From the NCBI GenBank assembly GCA_000175855.1, contig ACYB01000035.1, positions 90,001 to 122,000 on the forward strand: a stretch of 32,000 bases of DNA, written 5' to 3'. Source of the stretch: Raphidiopsis brookii D9 (GTDB lineage Bacteria; Cyanobacteriota; Cyanobacteriia; Cyanobacteriales; Nostocaceae). The notes under the pieces were generated by a model, which was not told the origin of the DNA, ran no database searches, and saw only the letters and a list, made by a program, of their open reading frames with translations. A program made the translations under genes and the position numbers. Shown one piece after another: positions 1-8,295 of the stretch (position 1 is the stretch's first letter; each line of letters starts with the position of its first letter).

Positions 1-1
1 A

Positions 2-112
2 CACAGACAAAACATACTCAAAAATCTTGAGCACCGACTGGAAGCAGCAAGAATAAAAGGTGATGAGAGTCTAATTCGGCAATTAGAAGCCGAGCAAGCC
101 TCTTATCATTAG
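2..112 (+). CDS. 3' end of a small charged/coiled-coil protein (partial, runs off the left edge)
   Basis: Frame 2 is open from the window edge and reads ...HRQNILKNLEHRLEAARIKGDESLIRQLEAEQASYH, with TAG at 110-112. A hairpin plus T-run follows. No family recognised. Confidence 0.25.
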   Translation, partial: HRQNILKNLEHRLEAARIKGDESLIRQLEAEQASYH

Positions 113-135
113 ACTAAAACCGTTCTAGTCTTTTT
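111..135 (+). terminator. Candidate rho-independent terminator
   Basis: AGACTA (111-116) pairs with TAGTCT (126-131) around a 9-nt loop and runs into TTTTT (131-135), directly after the partial ORF stop. The stem is short and AT-rich. Confidence 0.35.
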
Positions 136-200
136 AGAACCAGTAAAATCGCCGTTGGTACTTCCTGTCCCATTTCAGGTGCTGTCCTTCGGCAATTTTT

Positions 201-491
201 TTAGTCCGTATTGAGGATTTTGGGGACTTTGAAAAAGTCACCTTCTTGTTGGGGGGCACTCCTAAGTATGGACTCCCTGTCCGGGTAGGGTTGTAGTTTA
301 TCTTCCCTAGTCACATTACTCAAGTCAATGGCCCTAGTGGTAGGAGGGACATTGCTAACATCAAGTTCCCCCAGTTGTTCTACATACTCCAAAATGCTTC
401 CTAACTGGAGGGTAAATTGCTCCTCCTCCTGTGCTGTTAATTCTAGCCGAGCTAGGTTGGCTACTTTGCGGACCTGTTCGCGATCAATCAT
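201..491 (-). CDS. gatC: Asp-tRNA(Asn)/Glu-tRNA(Gln) amidotransferase subunit C
   Basis: The 96-aa translation [26 protein letters not shown]...DFFKVPKIL is a typical GatC in length and sequence. Confidence 0.9.
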   Translation of the reverse strand: MIDREQVRKVANLARLELTAQEEEQFTLQLGSILEYVEQLGELDVSNVPPTTRAIDLSNVTREDKLQPYPDRESILRSAPQQEGDFFKVPKILNTD

Positions 492-534
492 ATTTTAGCA
501 ATAAATAATTGGTTATTTAAAATTTGGTTATCGG

Positions 535-1056
535 TTAAAAGAATACATCAATTTGCGATCTCCCGGTAGTTTTCAACCAGTTTTGGGCTTCAATGTAGTT
601 ATTAGGAGCCAGACGAATTGCCCGGATCCAATAGTCTGCGGCCTGGTCAAATAGTGCTTCTCCCTCATCGTTGTCACCCTCTTCCTTTGCTTTTTCGCCC
701 TTGTAGTGATAAATCACAGCGATGTTATTTAGGGCTTGAGGTAACCGAGGATTCAAATCAATGGCTTTATGATAGAAATCCAGGGCTCGATCATGGTCTC
801 CATTACTGGCATATATCAGTCCCATGTTGTACACGATAAAACTTTTATCATTGGTATCTTCTTCTAAAGATAGAGCCTCTTCGTAATATTCTAGGGCTTC
901 GGCATATTCCCCTTCAGCCTGTGCTGACATGCCATCTCGATAGTAGACAAAAGCCTCTTTAGCCTTTTTATTAGTTGGCAGAAGTTTCAGGATTAAATCT
1001 GCCATAACGGTAAAAGACTTGTCAACAAAATTATCGTTTTTCTGTGTTCTTGGCAT
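535..1056 (-). CDS. ycf3: Photosystem I assembly protein Ycf3 (TPR)
   Basis: The 173-aa product starts [15 protein letters not shown] and carries three TPR units ([54 protein letters not shown]). This is the canonical Ycf3. Confidence 0.9.
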   Translation of the reverse strand: MPRTQKNDNFVDKSFTVMADLILKLLPTNKKAKEAFVYYRDGMSAQAEGEYAEALEYYEEALSLEEDTNDKSFIVYNMGLIYASNGDHDRALDFYHKAIDLNPRLPQALNNIAVIYHYKGEKAKEEGDNDEGEALFDQAADYWIRAIRLAPNNYIEAQNWLKTTGRSQIDVFF

Positions 1057-1086
1057 ATTTACCCCTAAAGTAACATCATTGCAAAT

Positions 1087-2574
1087 TTAGCTGTTCTTAG
1101 CTGTTCTTAAATGTAAGGCATCACGAGCTTGTTCTCTATCATCAAAATGGATTTTTTCCGTGCCGAGAATTTGATAATCTTCGTGACCTTTACCTGCTAA
1201 TAATACACCATCACCTGGTTGAGCTTCCAGTATAGCAGTATGAATAGCTCTAGCGCGATCGCCAATTACCAGTCTTGACACATCCTCGGGCATACCGGTC
1301 AAGATATCTTCTAATATTGCATCTGGGTTTTCAGTGCGTGGATTGTCAGAGGTTACCACGACCACATCTGCTAAATCCGCTGCAATTCTACCCATTTTTG
1401 GACGTTTTGTTTTATCCCTATCCCCTCCACAGCCAAAGACACAAATAATTCTTCCTGGTATAAATGGACGAGCAGCTTTAAGTAAATTTTCCAGACTATC
1501 AGGGGTATGAGCATAATCCACAATAACGCTAATATCCTGATGAGGATCGATTTGAATTCGTTCCATTCTGCCAGGCACACCTGGAAAATTAGGTATATAA
1601 TCTACCACAGTTTCCAAATCCAACCCTAAGTGTAGGACCGCAGCTACAGCTGCCAAAAGATTTTCTAAGTTATACTGTCCCACCAGGGGAGAGCTAAAAG
1701 GGGAATTACCCTCAGGAGTATGTAAAATACCACTGACACCATGAGGTTGATAATTTAGATCACTCACCCAGAAATCGGCACTAGTATTATTAATGCTGTA
1801 TGTCCAAAGCTGCTGTTTATCCAAACCAATAGTTAAACGTTGTCCATATTGATCATCAATATTAATAACTGCTCTTCCTTGGAGATAGTCAGGAGTAAAT
1901 AACAAAGCCTTAGCTCGAAAATAATCTTCCATATCTTGGTGATAATCAAGATGATCTTGAGTAAGATTAGTAAACACAGAAACCTCAAAGGGACAGCCAA
2001 AAACCCTATCTTGGGCCAGGGAGTGGGAACTAACCTCCATAATCCCCAACTGACAACCAGCATCAACAGCTTGAGCTAGATTGTGCTGTAAGTCAATTGC
2101 AAAGGGGGTGGTATGGTTAGCAACTTGAGAAAAACCGGGCCAGCGAGTATAAAGAGTACCGAGTAAAGCTGCTGGCAAATTAGCTTGATTGAGAAAATAC
2201 TCAATTAAATGAGTAGTAGTAGTTTTGCCATTAGTCCCAGTTACGCCAACGATTTGCAGTTTTTCCGCTGGATAGCCATAAAAAGCTGCACAAACCTGGG
2301 CACAGACCTTATTAAGATTGCTAGCAGTAATTACCAGAGCATCCGAGGTGGGGGAAGTTTTGGATGCTGCTTGTGGGGAGATAATGGCCGCAACCGCACC
2401 AGCAGCTAAAGCACTGGGCCAGAACTCACCTCCATCAACCCTGGTTCCGGGTATGCCAATAAATAAATCCCCCTCACCACAAGCGTGGGAATTGGTTTTG
2501 ATCCCGCGAACTTCCACATCTTTACCCTGGTATTCCACGCCATCAATAACGGCCAATAATTCTCTTAAATTCAT
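1087..2574 (-). CDS. murE: UDP-N-acetylmuramoyl-L-alanyl-D-glutamate--2,6-diaminopimelate ligase
   Basis: Mur ligase motifs are present (GVTGTNGKTTT, DYAHTPDSL, CVFGCGGDRD, TSDNPR). The ORF is open to 2631, but ATG at 2574 (MNLRELL...) gives the usual N-terminus. Confidence 0.9.
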   Translation of the reverse strand: MNLRELLAVIDGVEYQGKDVEVRGIKTNSHACGEGDLFIGIPGTRVDGGEFWPSALAAGAVAAIISPQAASKTSPTSDALVITASNLNKVCAQVCAAFYGYPAEKLQIVGVTGTNGKTTTTHLIEYFLNQANLPAALLGTLYTRWPGFSQVANHTTPFAIDLQHNLAQAVDAGCQLGIMEVSSHSLAQDRVFGCPFEVSVFTNLTQDHLDYHQDMEDYFRAKALLFTPDYLQGRAVINIDDQYGQRLTIGLDKQQLWTYSINNTSADFWVSDLNYQPHGVSGILHTPEGNSPFSSPLVGQYNLENLLAAVAAVLHLGLDLETVVDYIPNFPGVPGRMERIQIDPHQDISVIVDYAHTPDSLENLLKAARPFIPGRIICVFGCGGDRDKTKRPKMGRIAADLADVVVVTSDNPRTENPDAILEDILTGMPEDVSRLVIGDRARAIHTAILEAQPGDGVLLAGKGHEDYQILGTEKIHFDDREQARDALHLRTAKNS

Positions 2575-2692
2575 TATCTTATACCTCATCGCGAAAAGAT
2601 CTGGCAGATATCTTGTGTCTATTTTGCACAATTTTAACCACAGTACCTAACGAATTGGCAACTGGCAATTCCATCTCCTGTGTTTTATTGGA

Positions 2693-3025
2693 CTATTCAT
2701 CCCGATCTGCCAACATCAACAACTTACTAGCTGTGGTCAATAACAAGTTCTCTAATTGCTGAACACTTCCACGGGGAGAGGGACGGGGTACAGATTGCCA
2801 AGACTCTTTTCCTCCACTAGAATCCCATAGAAACAACACGGGAATTTCATACTGATAGGCGGCAAACCAATCTTCATGGGTAGTAATATCACGCACTTCT
2901 AAAGTAAAACTAATATTAGTATCTTCATGACTACTCTTATTGGTGTGATGGGTTATTTGTTCTAATTTTTCTATTAACCCTTCACAAAGATGACAACCAG
3001 GTTTACCATACAGGATAATTTGCAT
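2693..3025 (-). CDS. Glutaredoxin-like (thioredoxin-fold, DUF836-type) protein
   Basis: MQIILYGKPGCHLCEGL contains a CxxC motif in a Grx-like N-terminus, and YEIPVLF lies downstream. The start is taken at the second ATG (3025); the ORF is open to 3037. Confidence 0.7.
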   Translation of the reverse strand: MQIILYGKPGCHLCEGLIEKLEQITHHTNKSSHEDTNISFTLEVRDITTHEDWFAAYQYEIPVLFLWDSSGGKESWQSVPRPSPRGSVQQLENLLLTTASKLLMLADRDE

Positions 3026-3133
3026 TGTGTGAATCATATTAGTAATGAATGGTTAAGTTATATAGCTTTAGCCAGCGCTCAGAAAAGAGTTTATCCCTTA
3101 CCCAATGCAGATGGCTACAGCTATATTGTAAAA

Positions 3134-4318
3134 CTAAGATAGAGAACGAACAAACTTGTCTAGTCGCTCCACTCCTTTCTTAATTGTAGTCATATCTGTA
3201 GCATAGGAAAGACGGATGTTATTATCAGCTCCGAAAGCTACCCCTGGAATAACAGCAACTTGATGGGATTCTAATAAAGCATCGCAAAACTCCAGGGACC
3301 TTAAACCAGTTTTACTGATGTCGGGAAATAAATAAAAAGCCCCATCAGGTCGAACACAAGTCAACCCAGGAATGGAGTTGATACCATCATACATAACCTG
3401 ACGACGTTGAGCAAAAGCTTGACGCATTTCCTCTACACAGTCTTGTGAACCTTCCAGAGCAGCGATCGCACCATATTGAGCAAAAGTACAGACATTGGAA
3501 GTACTATGTCCTTGAATAGTAGTAGCAGCTTTAATAATTTCCAAGGGTCCGGCCAAATAACCCAAACGCCAACCAGTCATGGAGTAACCCTTAGCAAAGC
3601 CATTACTAATTAAAGTCCTGGAGAAAATTTCCTCACCTAGGGAACCAATACTAACATGTTGTGAGCCATCATAGAGAATCTTTTCGTAAATTTCATCAGA
3701 AACCACAAAAATATCCGCCTCCACAATCACCTGAGCTAGATCCCGAATTTCTTCTAATGTGTACACCATCCCAGTAGGGTTAGAAGGTGAATTAAGGACA
3801 AATAACTTAGTTTTTGAGGTAATAGCTTGTTTGAGCTGTTGGACACTAATTTTATAGCCATTGTCAGCATAGGTTGGTACAATTACTGACCTCCCACCTG
3901 CTAAAGTAACCATTTCTGGATAACTCAACCAGTAGGGTGCGGGGATAATTACCTCATCTCCTGGTTCAATTAAGGCCATGATGAGATTATATAGGGAATG
4001 TTTACCCCCATTAGTAACCAAGACGTTTTCTGGTTTATAGTCTAAACCATTATCGCTTTTTAGCTTGTTAGCAATAGATTCTCGTAGCTTTGGCTCACCA
4101 GCGGCTGGACCATATTTGGTCTTACCTTCTTTTAAAGCCTTTGTAGCTGCATCTATAACGTGGGCTGGAGTATCAAAATCCGGCTCTCCAACACTGAAAC
4201 TACAAACATCAATACCCTCTGTCCTCATACCCTTAGCTTTAGCTGTAATAGCCAGGGTAATGGAGGGTGTTACCTGACCTACTCTTGCTGCCAATTTCAT
4301 TCTACTTTTCTGAGTCAA
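3134..4318 (-). CDS. Class I pyridoxal-phosphate-dependent (aspartate-type) aminotransferase
   Basis: The 394-aa product has [23 protein letters not shown] and the lysine region [17 protein letters not shown]. Confidence 0.85.
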   Translation of the reverse strand: MTQKSRMKLAARVGQVTPSITLAITAKAKGMRTEGIDVCSFSVGEPDFDTPAHVIDAATKALKEGKTKYGPAAGEPKLRESIANKLKSDNGLDYKPENVLVTNGGKHSLYNLIMALIEPGDEVIIPAPYWLSYPEMVTLAGGRSVIVPTYADNGYKISVQQLKQAITSKTKLFVLNSPSNPTGMVYTLEEIRDLAQVIVEADIFVVSDEIYEKILYDGSQHVSIGSLGEEIFSRTLISNGFAKGYSMTGWRLGYLAGPLEIIKAATTIQGHSTSNVCTFAQYGAIAALEGSQDCVEEMRQAFAQRRQVMYDGINSIPGLTCVRPDGAFYLFPDISKTGLRSLEFCDALLESHQVAVIPGVAFGADNNIRLSYATDMTTIKKGVERLDKFVRSLS

Positions 4319-4737
4319 TCTCTATCACATATTAAGGATATCTTAGAAATTCGGTTGAAATTTGTATTTTCTTTCTGGTGGGTTGAGAACTGATGGTTTG
4401 CTTATTCAAGTATTAATTTGTATTGATTAATATTAATTGGGAGATTTATGCCCGGTTTAAACTCAAATATTACTTACTCAAAAGCGTGCAAAAAAGTAAT
4501 TTAAAGAGATTCGATGTTCATTTTATACTACTTATCTAGTTATTGAAAGCACCCCTTGCATCAGGAGGAATTATATTATTTATTGTTAAATATCAGGTTA
4601 AAAATGGACATATTGGCAAAGACTAGGTTAACATGGTGTAGTGTTGCGGAAAAACCGTGTTTTCTTGCAAATCGACTCGATGATAAGTTGAGTCATAATT
4701 ATCTACATCCAATTTATTTTCCTAACCTTTTGCAAAA

Positions 4738-5508
4738 ATGTTGTTGTTTTTAAAACTGATTGATTATCTATTAGCTGCTGTTTTTATTGGTGCGGCTTTG
4801 ATCATTTATTTTGACTCTAATAATCAGCCCTACTTGTTAGCTGGAATAGGAGCTTCCGCAATAGCCATTTTGCTGTTTCTTATCAACAGAAACTCAGTAG
4901 GTGCAGCGGAAAAACAAGCCAAGAAAAACGAATTCACCAAAAAAGCTGAACTTTACACATCCCTGTTACAGAATAGCAATTCCTTGGAACATAACACTAT
5001 TGTCCCTGTAAGAGCTAACGCTCTGGAATATTGTCAAGATTTGATCAATGACTATAAAAAAACCAGAAATATAGCCAGATCTCTTTACTATGTCTTACAA
5101 ATTTCCACAGTAATTCTCTCAGGTGTCACACCAATTTTAGTCCTGGTTGATAAACTAGAAACCGGACAACCCTGGTTGAAGTGGCTACCTGTCATTTGTC
5201 CTGCAGTAGCATCTATTGTCGCTAGTATTGTTACGTCTTTTCCCTTTCAAAAGAATTGGGTTACAGCCAATACAATTGTAGAGTTATTAGAAGCAGAACA
5301 AGAAAAATTCATTTTAGGAATTACACCCGCATATCGTTGTTATGACGTTGTTGGTGACCTAGAACAACAACAAAAAGCCAGTCAAGCTGTAGAACTATTC
5401 ATTAGCCAAGTCAATAGTATTCACTTGCAACAAGTTCAACAAGCAACTGAACAGCAGTCCGATAAAAGGAAGGAAGAAACTAAGACTCAAGATCCCGCGT
5501 TAAATTAG
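4738..5508 (+). CDS. DUF4231 / SLATT-like membrane protein with an extra N-terminal 2-TM segment
   Basis: Two N-terminal hydrophobic helices come first. The core then looks like DUF4231: NDYKKTRNIARSLYYVLQISTVILSGVTPILVLV, a second helix WLPVICPAVASIVASIVTSF, and FQKNWVTANTIVELLEAEQEKF, followed by a Q-rich tail. Recognised by pattern only. Confidence 0.55.
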   Translation: MLLFLKLIDYLLAAVFIGAALIIYFDSNNQPYLLAGIGASAIAILLFLINRNSVGAAEKQAKKNEFTKKAELYTSLLQNSNSLEHNTIVPVRANALEYCQDLINDYKKTRNIARSLYYVLQISTVILSGVTPILVLVDKLETGQPWLKWLPVICPAVASIVASIVTSFPFQKNWVTANTIVELLEAEQEKFILGITPAYRCYDVVGDLEQQQKASQAVELFISQVNSIHLQQVQQATEQQSDKRKEETKTQDPALN

Positions 5509-5526
5509 AGTTCGGGAAATGGGAAA

Positions 5527-6103
5527 TTAGTCAACTTCAAGCAACTGGGGAATTATCTTTCTGAGAGCATGACCCCGGTGACTAATGCTTTTTTTCAACT
5601 CCGGTGACATTTGGGCAAAGGTCAATTTTTTTTCCGGAACATAAAAAATCGGATCGTAACCAAAACCACCCTCTCCCCTCACTTCATACAGAATTTCCCC
5701 CTCACAACTACCCTCAGACTGGAAAATAATTTCCCCCTGGGGGTTAGCAACAGCTATGGCACAGATAAATTTGGCTTGCCGGTTTTCCGTGTTTGCTAGT
5801 TCGCTTAGTAACCTTCCAATCCTTTCTTCGTCCGTGTTTCCATACCGAGCAGAATATACACCAGGCGCACCATTTAACCAGTCTACCCATAAGCCAGAAT
5901 CATCAGCGATCGCCCATTGAGATGTATATTTTGCAACTTCAACAGCTTTCAAGCAGGCGTTTTCAGCAAAGGTGGTTCCGGTTTCATTCACATCTAAATC
6001 AGGGGGTTTGGGAGTTAGTTCCCAACCAGAATCGGATAAATAAGCCTGCATTTCCCTTTAATTTTCCTGGATTTCCCGTCCCCACCACAAGTGTTTTTTT
6101 CAT
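5527..6103 (-). pseudogene. rdgB: Non-canonical purine NTP pyrophosphatase RdgB/HAM1, reading frame broken by +1 base near codon 16
   Basis: ATG at 6103 encodes MKKTLVVGTGNPGKLKG, which includes the conserved GNxGK motif. The rest of the protein (MQAYLSDSGWEL...FGYDPIF...SHRG) is in another frame starting at 6051. The span is 577 nt, i.e. 3n+1. Confidence 0.8.
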
Positions 6104-6133
6104 TAGCTATCCACTGATAAATGTTGGTAAATA

Positions 6134-7600
6134 TTAATTTGATTCTGCCCAGGTTTTTGCCCAATTTAATGTTTGGTGTACTTGTTCTATTGTAGGTGCT
6201 TCACAGTAAAGTCTTAAGACTGGTTCAGTGCCACTAAATCGAATCATCAACCAACTTTCATCCGCAAGACGGAATTTATAACCGTCTATGGTCTGACAAT
6301 TAAGGACTTTTTTGCCGGCAATTTCTGTTAATTTCTGAGTTTGTAGTTGTTGTAGTAATTTATCACGGATCTGCATACTTGCCAATGGTAAATCTATCCG
6401 ATCATAAGCAGAGAAGAAATTATTCTTTTCCTGTAATTGCTGATAATATTCACCTAAATCCAAACCAGAATCTACAACTGCTTCTAATACGTACAATGCA
6501 GACAATAGAGCATCCCGTTCAGGAATGTGGCTACCATAACCAATCCCCCCCGATTCTTCACCACCTAATAAAACTTCTGTCACCAACATTCTATCAGCAA
6601 TGTATTTATAACCAACAGCAGTTTCAAATATTGATAAACCCAGGGATCTGGCTACACTGGGAATTAAGTCAGACCCACTGACGGTTTTGACAATTTCTCC
6701 GGTAAAATTGCGTCTGGTTTTTAGGTGATCTATCAAAATCGGAATCAATATTTGAGAACTTAGAAAATTGCCATTTCTATCCAACGCCGCAATGCGATCG
6801 CCATCTCCATCAAATACTAAACCAACCGTTAATTTTGAGAAATTTTGTTGCTGATGAATTTCTGTATAATTTTTAATTTCAGCTGAAATTTCACAAATAT
6901 ATTTAGGCAAAGGTTCTGGTGGTTTTCCGCCAAATAAGGGATCTCGATTACCATTAATTTCTCTCACTTTTTGCCCTAATAGCCTCTCTAAACCACTAGC
7001 AGCTGCACCATGCATCACATCAACAAATAGTATTAATTTATCCGAGGATATTGCCTCCCGAATTGCCTCAATATTCACTTTCTTTGCCAATGCTTGACAA
7101 TAACTTATCCAGGGATCAAACGTCTCTTCTTTTCCTAGATTACCCACTGAAGAAAATTCCACAGTTAATAATCTTTCTATTTCCTGAGTAACCTCTGGAG
7201 GGACTGAACCCCCAAAAGCACTCTTGACTTTTAAACCCAAATATGAGCCAGGGTTATGACTAGCTGTGATCACTAAAGCTCCCAAAGCATTAAAATCTTT
7301 AGCAGCCCAACTAAAAGCAGGTGTTGGTGCATAGTCTTGACTAAATAGAACATCAAATCCTAAATTTTTAATAGCATCAGCTACAACGCGGGCAAAATTT
7401 TCCGCCATAAAGCGACGGTCATATCCGACCACAATACTACGGCTACCAGTTAGGGAATAGTATGTATTATATAACACATTAGCTGCTACGGAAGCAACTA
7501 AAGTCAGACGTTCAAAAGTAAACTCATCAGCGATTACTCCTCGCCATCCATCAGTACCAAACTTGATAGGACTCAGAAGGATATTGGTTGATATGGGCAT
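6134..7600 (-). CDS. Alpha-D-phosphohexomutase family protein (phosphoglucomutase/phosphomannomutase)
   Basis: The catalytic loop TASHNPGSYLGLK, the metal loop FDGDGDR and the sugar loop GGEESGG are all present in a 488-aa product. Confidence 0.85.
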   Translation of the reverse strand: MPISTNILLSPIKFGTDGWRGVIADEFTFERLTLVASVAANVLYNTYYSLTGSRSIVVGYDRRFMAENFARVVADAIKNLGFDVLFSQDYAPTPAFSWAAKDFNALGALVITASHNPGSYLGLKVKSAFGGSVPPEVTQEIERLLTVEFSSVGNLGKEETFDPWISYCQALAKKVNIEAIREAISSDKLILFVDVMHGAAASGLERLLGQKVREINGNRDPLFGGKPPEPLPKYICEISAEIKNYTEIHQQQNFSKLTVGLVFDGDGDRIAALDRNGNFLSSQILIPILIDHLKTRRNFTGEIVKTVSGSDLIPSVARSLGLSIFETAVGYKYIADRMLVTEVLLGGEESGGIGYGSHIPERDALLSALYVLEAVVDSGLDLGEYYQQLQEKNNFFSAYDRIDLPLASMQIRDKLLQQLQTQKLTEIAGKKVLNCQTIDGYKFRLADESWLMIRFSGTEPVLRLYCEAPTIEQVHQTLNWAKTWAESN

Positions 7601-7626
7601 GGATATAAGCCGTAATTTCTAATCTT

Positions 7627-8277
7627 TTAGATTTTATCAGCAACCTGAGCAATGGCCAATGGTAAGATCTGGTGTTCCTGAACTTGGATTCTCGCATGTA
7701 GTGTTTCTGCTGTATCGTTTGGCAATACTGGAACTGCAGCTTGCATCAAAATTGGACCGCTGTCCATTTCTAATCTCAGCAGGTGAACTGTACAACCTGT
7801 TATTTTTACACCTGCTTCTAATGCTTGTTCTACAGCTCTAACACCTTTAAAACTGGGCAATAAACTGGGGTGAATATTAATAATGTGATTGGGAAAAGCA
7901 TCTATCAGTTCTTGGGTAACTAAACGCATCCAACCGGCCATAACTACTAAATCAACTTGATATTGGCGCAGAGTGCTGACAATTTCCCGATCCAAATCTT
8001 CCCGCTTTTTATAATGACGATGATTGAGTAATATTGCTTCTACTCCATGATTGAGAGCCCTTTCTGCTGCTTTTGCTAGGGGGTTATTATAAATTAAAAC
8101 TTGAATTTGGGCATTAAGATCCCCCGATTTGATTGCTTGAGCAACCACCTCAAAATTGCTCCCATTCCCAGAGGCCATGACTCCTAATTTTACAGGTTTT
8201 ATGTCATGGGACTGGTAACCTGAAACATCAGGGGAAATTAGACTAGAGGTGCTATTCATGGAGTAAGATTGAATCAT
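7627..8277 (-). CDS. purN: Phosphoribosylglycinamide formyltransferase
   Basis: KLGVMASGNGSNFE, DLVVMAGWMRL, INIHPSLLPSFKG and GCTVH are PurN hallmarks. Confidence 0.9.
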   Translation of the reverse strand: MIQSYSMNSTSSLISPDVSGYQSHDIKPVKLGVMASGNGSNFEVVAQAIKSGDLNAQIQVLIYNNPLAKAAERALNHGVEAILLNHRHYKKREDLDREIVSTLRQYQVDLVVMAGWMRLVTQELIDAFPNHIINIHPSLLPSFKGVRAVEQALEAGVKITGCTVHLLRLEMDSGPILMQAAVPVLPNDTAETLHARIQVQEHQILPLAIAQVADKI

Positions 8278-8295
8278 AAAGTTACTGATATTCTC

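Noticed and set aside
4410-4423. An NtcA-like site GTA-N8-TAT in the long AT-rich region upstream of the aminotransferase.
   Set aside because: The second half-site is TAT rather than TAC. No properly spaced -10 element was evident, and such matches are frequent by chance in AT-rich DNA.
4556-4753. A 65-aa + strand ORF upstream of, and overlapping the start of, the DUF4231 gene.
   Set aside because: It starts at a TTG, has an implausible sequence (ends QKCCCF), lies in an AT-rich leader and resembles no known family.
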